Assembly: GCA_049287025.1 (NCBI GenBank)
Contig: JBAQFA010000009.1
Span: forward strand, 90,802 to 148,561
Length of the DNA stretch: 57,760 bases
Source of the DNA: Candidatus Magasanikiibacteriota bacterium
GTDB taxonomy: Bacteria > Patescibacteriota > Patescibacteriia > Magasanikbacterales > UBA922
Reading direction: 5' to 3'
Numbering within the stretch: the first letter of the stretch is position 1; every line of letters starts with the position of its first letter. A program made the translations under genes and the position numbers. Shown here piece by piece: positions 8,460 to 14,106 of this stretch. The notes beneath the pieces are model-generated. The model was given only the letters and a program-made list of their open reading frames with translations. It was not told the origin of the DNA and searched no databases.

Positions 8460-8652
8460 CTATTAACAAGTTCCAAGTAAAATACATAGTAAGCACAGTT
8501 AAAGCAAAGACAATAAAAGTCATGACAAAACTAACCAATGTAAAAGAAGCGGTGATGGTAATGTGATAAAAGTTCATGATAGAAAAAGCCGCAAAAATTG
8601 CCAAGAAAGCGAAATAGATGAATAAGAAAACGTAGAGAGGGATGGATAACAT
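8392..8652 (-). CDS. Small membrane protein (3 TM)
   Basis: 86-aa hydrophobic ORF, co-directional with 7845..8459. Confidence 0.4.
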   Translation of the reverse strand: MLSIPLYVFLFIYFAFLAIFAAFSIMNFYHITITASFTLVSFVMTFIVFALTVLTMYFTWNLLIDVDWRIPVTLFNSDWLISTPIF

Positions 8653-8665
8653 ATTTTTAAATTTA

Positions 8666-9049
8666 CTAATTTTCAGTTTTCAATTTACTTTTTGATGTTT
8701 TGATTATTTTGGCAAATATTAAATTGAGTTCATGAGCCTCTTGCCAGAGAATTCTAGAGCGCTCTCTAGCTGGTTCGTAAGCATTAGCAATCAATCTTAA
8801 CCATAATTTTGTTTCTTTGACTTCCTTTTTGCTAATATTTACTTTGTGTGTAAAATCTTTTGTTGATTCAGCTTCATTGGCTTCATAATAATTAGCCGCT
8901 TGACTGGTTCCAGATTTAATTATTTGTAAAATTAGATTTTTGGTTATTTCATTAATTGGTATAGTTTTGGCAAAATTTATTATATTTTCAGCAAATTTGG
9001 CAGTTCTTTCTTCTAGATCATATTGTTTTTTATTGTTGTCGCCCTCCAT
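8666..9049 (-). CDS. Four-helix-bundle protein (the family often annotated '23S rRNA intervening-sequence protein')
   Basis: 127 aa. The pattern YDLEERTAKFAENIINFAK...QIIKSGTSQAANYYEA...KEVKETKLWLRL matches that family. Free-standing here, with no rRNA nearby. Confidence 0.7.
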   Translation of the reverse strand: MEGDNNKKQYDLEERTAKFAENIINFAKTIPINEITKNLILQIIKSGTSQAANYYEANEAESTKDFTHKVNISKKEVKETKLWLRLIANAYEPARERSRILWQEAHELNLIFAKIIKTSKSKLKTEN

Positions 9050-9053
9050 ATTA

Positions 9054-9083
9054 GAAAATTGAAAATTATGAAAATTGAAAATT
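9054..9083. repeat. Tandem heptamer array (GAAAATT x4, one 2-nt interruption)
   Basis: GAAAATT GAAAATT at GAAAATT GAAAATT lies between the four-helix-bundle gene start and the ruvB stop. Degenerate copies (AAATTGA/AAACTGA/AAATTAG) lie on the other side at about 8655-8690. Confidence 0.8.
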
Positions 9084-10132
9084 TACAAAAGTTCATTTTG
9101 TGCTGTATATTTTTTCCCCAAATGTTCATACGCTAGTTTGGTAGCCTTACGACCACGGGGGGTGCGTTCAATCATACCAATCTGGAGTAAATATGGTTCA
9201 TAAATTGTTTCAATTGTATCCATTTCTTCCGCAATCGCAGCCGCCAAAGTATTTAGCCCGACTGGTCCGCCATTAAATTTATCAATAATAACTTCTAAGA
9301 TTTTTCTGTCCACCTCATCTAGTCCATGTTTATCAACATTCAACATGCTTAGAGCTTTTTCAGTAATATCCTTATCTATTTTACCATTATGTCGGACTTC
9401 AGCATAGTCCCGCACGCGTTTTAAAAGTCTGTTAGCGACTCGGGGTGTTCTTCTAGAACGTGTAGCAATAATTCCACTGGCTTCAGGATGAATATCTACT
9501 TCCAAAATTTTGGCATTACGGTTAACAATTTTGTTGATATCATCATGTTCATAAAAATTGAGATGAAAAACATGACCAAATCTATCTCGGAGTGGACCAG
9601 ATAACAAACTCATTTTGGTAGTCGCACCAATGAGAGTAAACTTTTCCAAAGGCATACGCATAGTTCTCGCGGCTGGACCCTTGCCAATAATAATATCAAT
9701 CACAAAATCTTCCATAGCAGAGTACAATACTTCTTCAATAGTTTTATTCATGCGGTGAATTTCATCAATAAACAAAACATCACCCTGACTTAGATTGGAA
9801 AGAATCGCTGCCAAATCACCAACGCGTTCCAAAGCTGGACCGGCAGTCACTTTTATATTCACACCCATTTCTTTAGCAATAATATTGGCCAGAGTAGTTT
9901 TTCCTAATCCAGGGTTGCCGTATAACAAAACATGTTCAATTGGTTCAGTCCGTTTTTTGGCGGCTTCAATCGAAATATTAAGAGGATCTTTGATGTGGTT
10001 TTGGCCAACAAATTCACCCAAGGTTTGTGGTCTTAGGGTAATTTCAATTATCGCTTCTTCATCTTGAACTTCGGGTTCCACGAGACGTGGTTCTAGGTTT
10101 TCATCTAATTTGTAGGTTTCCTCATTAATCAT
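9083..10132 (-). CDS. ruvB: Holliday junction branch-migration helicase RuvB
   Basis: Walker [20 protein letters not shown], sensor and winged-helix regions, and [16 protein letters not shown]. The start was moved to MINEETYK (10132) from the ORF-track 10171. Confidence 0.9.
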   Translation of the reverse strand: MINEETYKLDENLEPRLVEPEVQDEEAIIEITLRPQTLGEFVGQNHIKDPLNISIEAAKKRTEPIEHVLLYGNPGLGKTTLANIIAKEMGVNIKVTAGPALERVGDLAAILSNLSQGDVLFIDEIHRMNKTIEEVLYSAMEDFVIDIIIGKGPAARTMRMPLEKFTLIGATTKMSLLSGPLRDRFGHVFHLNFYEHDDINKIVNRNAKILEVDIHPEASGIIATRSRRTPRVANRLLKRVRDYAEVRHNGKIDKDITEKALSMLNVDKHGLDEVDRKILEVIIDKFNGGPVGLNTLAAAIAEEMDTIETIYEPYLLQIGMIERTPRGRKATKLAYEHLGKKYTAQNELL

Positions 10133-10204
10133 AGTTATTACATGATGCATGTGGCAGATAACAGATAACAATTGTCTTATGAATTCTGACGTCTATATTG
10201 TACA

Positions 10205-10945
10205 TTATTTTGTATTTTTATTCCACCAGCCATCCCAAATACTTTTCATAGACATAGCAATGGCGCGATCCTCAATAATAATAGCAGTGTAAGGTCGACG
10301 AAAACTCATTAATAATACTTTATTGTCGTAAATATTTATTTCTGTATCTAATTGTAGGTCTTTAAATAATTTGGTTTCGCGTAATTGTTTTTTGTCTTTG
10401 GCTTTTACTTTTTTGCCTTGTGAGCCGTCTTTAGCTACGCAATAAAAAAAGATATTTTTTTTCACGCGCGTTTCTGGTACATACCACAGCCAGTCCTCGG
10501 GGAATTGATTAAACATTTTTTCATAATCAGAAAAAGCATAAACTTTTGCACCGGCTGTTTGGGTTTCTAACAGATCATCCCAACCTTTGCGTAATCCCTC
10601 GGTGCCTTCGTAATAACGTACTTTTGGTTTATTGCCAGGGGTATTAAAGATCCCCATCAATTCTGGCAAAGCAGTTTTTATTTCTTGATAATTTTTTTCC
10701 GCGCGCTTTACCAACACATCAGGATTTTCTGGCACTAAAATTATTTTATCATCTTCTATTACTTCGCTAATAATGTTTTTTGTTTTTAGTGGACCAATGA
10801 AGTTGTAAATATTAGTCCGCTTCACTCCAGATTTTTTTGCCACTTCTTGCACTGTGCCAGAGCCTAATTCCAAAAGAGCCAAATAGATTTTAGCTTCTTT
10901 GTCGTCTAGACCTAGGTTTTGTAAAACGTTATTAATATTTGTCAT
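10205..10945 (-). CDS. TrmB-family transcriptional regulator
   Basis: N-terminal wHTH LGLDDKEAKIYLALLELGSGTVQEVAKKSGVKRTNIYNFI. The start was taken at MTNINN (10945); the upstream extension reads through a GC-rich palindrome. Confidence 0.7.
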   Translation of the reverse strand: MTNINNVLQNLGLDDKEAKIYLALLELGSGTVQEVAKKSGVKRTNIYNFIGPLKTKNIISEVIEDDKIILVPENPDVLVKRAEKNYQEIKTALPELMGIFNTPGNKPKVRYYEGTEGLRKGWDDLLETQTAGAKVYAFSDYEKMFNQFPEDWLWYVPETRVKKNIFFYCVAKDGSQGKKVKAKDKKQLRETKLFKDLQLDTEINIYDNKVLLMSFRRPYTAIIIEDRAIAMSMKSIWDGWWNKNTK

Positions 10946-11351
10946 ATTTTTTGTTCCCCTCCTCAGAGGAGGGGGGGTTAGGGGAGGTTGATAATTCGCT
11001 ACAAGCAATTTCTATTTCAGCTATTACTGTTTCTAAATTATTTAGAGTTTTATAAGCAGAAAATCTAATTATATTATAACCTTCATTTATTAAATAATCT
11101 TCTCGTTTTTTATCTCTGATTATATTTTTTGGTAATAAGTGTATTGGTCCATCTAATTCTACAATTAATTTTACTTCTGGACAATAAAAATCAACTATAT
11201 ACTGTCCTATTCCAAACTGTCTTCTGAATTTATAACCAATTTTTCTATTTCTTATTTTAGACCAGAGCAACATTTCTGGTTTAGTTTGATTTTTTCTAAG
11301 ACTTCTTCTAATGTTTTCTAACTTTTTAGTATTGTGGTGTTTTTGGGGCAT
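10932..11351 (-). CDS. DUF559 (Vsr/PD-(D/E)xK-like) endonuclease-domain protein
   Basis: LRKNQTKPEMLLWSKIRN...FRRQFGIGQYIVDFYCPEVKLIVELDGPIH...REDYLINEGYNIIRF. The C-terminal 20 aa are a read-through of the GC palindrome at 10956-10974. Confidence 0.75.
   Translation of the reverse strand: MPQKHHNTKKLENIRRSLRKNQTKPEMLLWSKIRNRKIGYKFRRQFGIGQYIVDFYCPEVKLIVELDGPIHLLPKNIIRDKKREDYLINEGYNIIRFSAYKTLNNLETVIAEIEIACSELSTSPNPPSSEEGNKKYDKY
10956..10974. repeat. GC-rich perfect palindrome at the 3' end of the DUF559 gene
   Basis: CCCCTCCTC-A-GAGGAGGGG. Confidence 0.8.
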
Positions 11352-11378
11352 AGTGGACAGATTTTCAACCTCACCTGT

Positions 11379-11400
11379 CCTCTCCTGCTCTCAGGAGAGG
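11379..11400. repeat. GC-rich perfect palindrome in the DUF559 5' UTR
   Basis: CCTCTCCTG-CTCT-CAGGAGAGG. Confidence 0.8.
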
Positions 11401-11434
11401 AACATAATAAGAGAATCTGTTGATAATTAATAGC

Positions 11435-11463
11435 ATTATATAGCCAAAATATTATCTTGTCAA
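11435..11463 (-). promoter_or_regulatory. Consensus sigma70 promoter driving the DUF559 gene
   Basis: Minus strand TTGACA-17 nt-TATAAT (perfect hexamers), about 85 nt upstream of the start at 11351. Confidence 0.7.
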
Positions 11464-11563
11464 GTTTTTTGACACAAAATATATATTAAAATAATCATAA
11501 ATTTGGCTAATTATAAATAAAAATTAAACAATTACAAATACTGTATATATTTAGTAAATAATA

Positions 11564-11592
11564 TTGACATTAACGTCAATTCGCAATAAACT
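11564..11592 (+). promoter_or_regulatory. Sigma70 promoter of the cassette array
   Basis: TTGACA-17 nt-TAAACT, about 70 nt upstream of the first cassette start. Divergent from the DUF559 promoter. Confidence 0.65.
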
Positions 11593-11607
11593 ACCCTGTT
11601 CCAACAT

Positions 11608-11661
11608 AGGTGTGTTGGATGGCTCTTTACAATGCATGCCCGAGAGGGCGAGGAGGCGGAG
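11608..11661 (+). repeat. Junction module J0 (3' half only: leader + hairpin C + SD)
   Basis: The sequence ..GGATGGCTCTTTACAATGCATGCCCGAGAGGGCGAGGAGGcggag aligns with 12139-12186 and 12525-12575. Hairpin C is GCCC-GAGA-GGGC at 11638-11649, and the SD is at 11650-11656. Confidence 0.75.
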
Positions 11662-12060
11662 ATGAGATTCGTTGATTGGGTCCTGAAGCAAATTCGAAAA
11701 ATAAATTTGGTAGCTATCCTTTCAGTTATCTTTTACGGAATATTCTTCGTGTTCGCGACAGTAGCGGTCATTTCGATGCTTTACCTTATTGTGTGTGGTA
11801 TCCATGCATCTACCGAAAGCACACCATGTGACAAGGCTATTATCGTTGCAGAAAAAAATTTACGTCTAATACCCGATCACATAAATAGTTGTAAGGGGGG
11901 AATGTGCTACAAAGGTGCAAAGTGGAAAGATATGCTGGAAGCATTGCAGTATACAAAAGAGCTGATTGACAGTGTCCCTGGTTGCTATAAGGCACATGGG
12001 TATCGTGACCGAGTTATAGAGCTCATTAACTATCTCAGTCTACCAACTCCTCACAGATAG
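11662..12060 (+). CDS. Cassette ORF 1: membrane-anchored protein with a Cys-containing C-terminal domain (132 aa)
   Basis: ATG lies 5 nt after GAGGAGG. The N-terminal 2-TM region is LVAILSVIFYGIFFVFATVAVISMLYLIVCGI, followed by a soluble ~80-aa part with 4 Cys. The ORF-track start 11632 lies inside the conserved leader. Confidence 0.6.
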   Translation: MRFVDWVLKQIRKINLVAILSVIFYGIFFVFATVAVISMLYLIVCGIHASTESTPCDKAIIVAEKNLRLIPDHINSCKGGMCYKGAKWKDMLEALQYTKELIDSVPGCYKAHGYRDRVIELINYLSLPTPHR

Positions 12061-12186
12061 CCGGTCTCCTCGGGCGCTACCGGTTCAATCAAAACGCGCC
12101 CACTCCATCTTTTTACATAAAATATTTGTGTACGAAGATGGAGGTGTTCTTTAACAACACATGCCCGGAAGGGCAAGGAGGAAGAA
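12061..12186 (+). repeat. Junction module J1 (short variant)
   Basis: Hairpin A1 is CCGGT(13)ACCGG at 12061-12083, and hairpin B1 is CTCCATCTT..AAGATGGAG at 12103-12143. Hairpin C1 is GCCC-GGAA-GGGC at 12163-12174, and the SD AAGGAGG is at 12175-12181. Confidence 0.8.
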
Positions 12187-12405
12187 GTGACTCATTTTTG
12201 GAATTGGGTGGCTGAGGGTATTGAATACTTTTTTATTTTTCTTATTTTTTATCCTTTGTTTGCAGGATGGATATTCTTGGGTCTGATTGTAATTCTGCCA
12301 ATGAATTTGGATTTTATGAAATTGTTGGTACCTGTGTGTAGTGGAATTATCGCAATTCCATTTGCGATAAAAATGACGCGCATTTTGAGAAAGAAAAATG
12401 AGTAA
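12187..12405 (+). CDS. Cassette ORF 2: small 2-3 TM membrane protein (72 aa)
   Basis: GTG start 5 nt after AGGAGG. Hydrophobic throughout, with a basic C-terminus RILRKKNE. Confidence 0.6.
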   Translation: MTHFWNWVAEGIEYFFIFLIFYPLFAGWIFLGLIVILPMNLDFMKLLVPVCSGIIAIPFAIKMTRILRKKNE

Positions 12406-12575
12406 AATTTCTAACCGTCCCCACCCGCTGGCGGTTAGAAAAATTCCACATACAACAAGGAGGTGTATGGTGGAGAACAAGCGGGACTCCATCTTTTTAC
12501 ATAAAAATATTTTGTGTATGAAGATGGAGGTGCTCTTTGAAACTTAGATGCCCTGAGAGGGCGAGGAGGATTGGA
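12406..12575 (+). repeat. Junction module J2 (full-length copy)
   Basis: Hairpin A2 is TCTAACCG(14)CGGTTAGA at 12410-12439. An SD-led mini-ORF runs 12467-12547, and hairpin B2 is at 12487-12529. Hairpin C2 is at 12550-12562, and the SD GAGGAGG is at 12563-12569. Confidence 0.85.
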
Positions 12576-12908
12576 ATGTACGTTTTTCTTCGAGTTTTGC
12601 TTCGCGTAGTTCAACTCGTTGGTGTTGTTAATGCTGTCATGATAGTAGTTTTTGCCGAAAAAAATAATCAGGAGGATTGGAGGATACTCGCTGGTTTAAT
12701 GGGTTTTATTACCTTATTTTGTATTCAGTTGTTTATGGGTGTTTGGTATGCATCTTCTAATACATCAACTGAGGCAGAGGAAGTCTCTTGTAGGGTTAAA
12801 GCCAAATTGTGCGTGGATTCGGCATTTCTATATTTTTGCTACAGCGTTTCTGTTATGTTACTAGGATGTGGTGTTATTATATGTAAAAATATATTGAACC
12901 ACATGTAG
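12576..12908 (+). CDS. Cassette ORF 3: 3-4 TM membrane protein (110 aa)
   Basis: ATG lies 6 nt after GAGGAGG. Hydrophobic segments include VVQLVGVVNAVMIVVF, ILAGLMGFITLFCIQLFMGVW and LYFCYSVSVMLLGCGVII. The ORF-track start 12537 lies in the conserved leader. Confidence 0.6.
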   Translation: MYVFLRVLLRVVQLVGVVNAVMIVVFAEKNNQEDWRILAGLMGFITLFCIQLFMGVWYASSNTSTEAEEVSCRVKAKLCVDSAFLYFCYSVSVMLLGCGVIICKNILNHM

Positions 12909-13036
12909 TAATTGCTTTTAGCCGTCTCCACCCACTGGCGGTTAGAAAATATTCCACTTGGCATGAGGAGGTGTCAGATGGAGAACAAGCGGGACTCCAT
13001 CTTTTTACATAATAAATATTTGTGTACGAAGATGGG
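12909..13036 (+). repeat. Junction module J3 (5' part only: hairpin A, mini-ORF, hairpin B)
   Basis: Nearly identical to 12410-12529: TTAGCCG..CGGTTAGA, then GAGGAGGTGTCAGATGGAGAACAAGCGGGACTCCATCTTTTTACATAA...GAAGATGG. Similarity stops at 13035/13036. Confidence 0.85.
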
Positions 13037-13042
13037 TATAGG

Positions 13043-13071
13043 TTGACAGCTTCATATTTTGTTGTTATAAT
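13043..13071 (+). promoter_or_regulatory. Perfect consensus sigma70 promoter of the Fic gene
   Basis: TTGACA-17 nt-TATAAT, 13 nt before the ATG at 13085. Confidence 0.7.
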
Positions 13072-13084
13072 AAGTAGGTAAATT

Positions 13085-14035
13085 ATGACCCTAACTTTTA
13101 TGTCACAAATATATAAGAAAATCATCAAAAATAAGCCATATTTTTACTTAAGTGAAAGAGTTTTAATAAATGGAAAATATAAAAAAATTCAGGTTTATTT
13201 AGGTAAAACTACCCCTAACAATTTAGTTGAATATAATAAGATTTTGGTTGAGAAAGAAAAGAAAGTGATTAAAGAAAATTTACCTAAAATTTTTAAATTT
13301 GAAAAGATTTTTGATGCTGAGCAAATATTAAAATTAGAAAATTTAAGACTGAACTGGAAGTACATATTTAATAATTTATCAGATTTTAAAAAAGAACAAT
13401 TATGGACACGTTATGCTGTACAATTTATTTTTGAATCCAATGCTATAGAAGGCAGTAAACTTAGCCAGCAAGAAGTTGGTGCAATTATAAAAAAACAATA
13501 TTTAAATAAATCAGTAGAAAAAAGAGAAATTAAAGAGGTGCGAAATTCTATCCTGGCTCTAAAAATAATTAGAGATAAAAAATTTGTTTTAAATCAACAC
13601 AGCATTATCAATCTGCATAAATTATTAGTTGATGGGTTGGACATAAACACTGGGTTTAAGAAAGTTGATATTGTTGTTAATAATAAACAGACAACGCCAG
13701 CAGGTCAAGTAAGAATGGAAATGAAAAAACTGTTGGATTGGTGGAAAAAAAATAAAAAAAGTAAACAACATCCTTTGGCTTTGGCAGCTGATTTTCATCA
13801 GCGTTTTGAGAGTATTCATCCTTTTGAAGATGGCAATGGTAGAATTGGGCGTTTATTGTTTAATTGGATTTTATTACAATATGGCTATCCACCAATTTTA
13901 TTTTTATACCAGAATAGAAAGTTGTATTTTAATGCCCTGAATCAAGCGGATGAAGGTAGAAAGAATAAGTGGCACTGGTTTTGTATTAGAGTATATAAAG
14001 ATAGTATTAAATGGTCACTTGAAAATATAAAATAG
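13085..14035 (+). CDS. Fic/DOC-family protein (class II, self-inhibited AMPylase type)
   Basis: Fic motif [12 protein letters not shown]. An N-terminal SNAIEG fits the (S/T)xxxE(G/N) inhibitory helix motif. Confidence 0.85.
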   Translation: MTLTFMSQIYKKIIKNKPYFYLSERVLINGKYKKIQVYLGKTTPNNLVEYNKILVEKEKKVIKENLPKIFKFEKIFDAEQILKLENLRLNWKYIFNNLSDFKKEQLWTRYAVQFIFESNAIEGSKLSQQEVGAIIKKQYLNKSVEKREIKEVRNSILALKIIRDKKFVLNQHSIINLHKLLVDGLDINTGFKKVDIVVNNKQTTPAGQVRMEMKKLLDWWKKNKKSKQHPLALAADFHQRFESIHPFEDGNGRIGRLLFNWILLQYGYPPILFLYQNRKLYFNALNQADEGRKNKWHWFCIRVYKDSIKWSLENIK

Positions 14036-14061
14036 AAATTTTTAGCTAGTATTTAAAAAAC

Positions 14062-14091
14062 AAAAACTCACTAGAAATTGGTGAGTTTTTT
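14062..14091. terminator. Bidirectional terminator
   Basis: AAAAACTCAC-TAGAAATTG-GTGAGTTTTT. A near copy occurs at 16962-16990. Confidence 0.75.
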
Positions 14092-14106
14092 GTTTACAAA
14101 CTAAAA

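Noticed and set aside
12103-12143. dif/Xer-like recombination site in hairpin B.
   Set aside because: TTTTTACATAA matches the complement of the E. coli XerD arm (ATTTAACATAA) at 9 of 11 positions. However, there is no acceptable second arm at 6-8 bp spacing. The real symmetry is a hairpin with a 3-nt centre, so the resemblance is probably due to AT-rich sequence.
12151-12492. 113-aa minus-strand ORF across cassette ORF2 and junction J2. A similar 83-aa ORF lies at 12877-13128.
   Set aside because: Both are antisense to SD-led hydrophobic ORFs and read through the conserved hairpins. They have no SD of their own and a low-complexity, odd composition. They are best explained as shadow ORFs of the repeats.
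11564-13071. CRISPR array, or a classical integron with attC sites.
   Set aside because: The repeats are 125-170 nt and the 'spacers' are 220-400 nt SD-led ORFs, so this is not CRISPR-like. No cas genes are present. For an integron there is no intI, and hairpin A (TCTAAC..GTTAGA, 30 nt) and hairpin B (41-43 nt) are shorter than known attC sites (about 57 nt or more) and lack the R''/L''/L'/R' spacing. Only a loose GTTAGAA resembles GTTRRRY.
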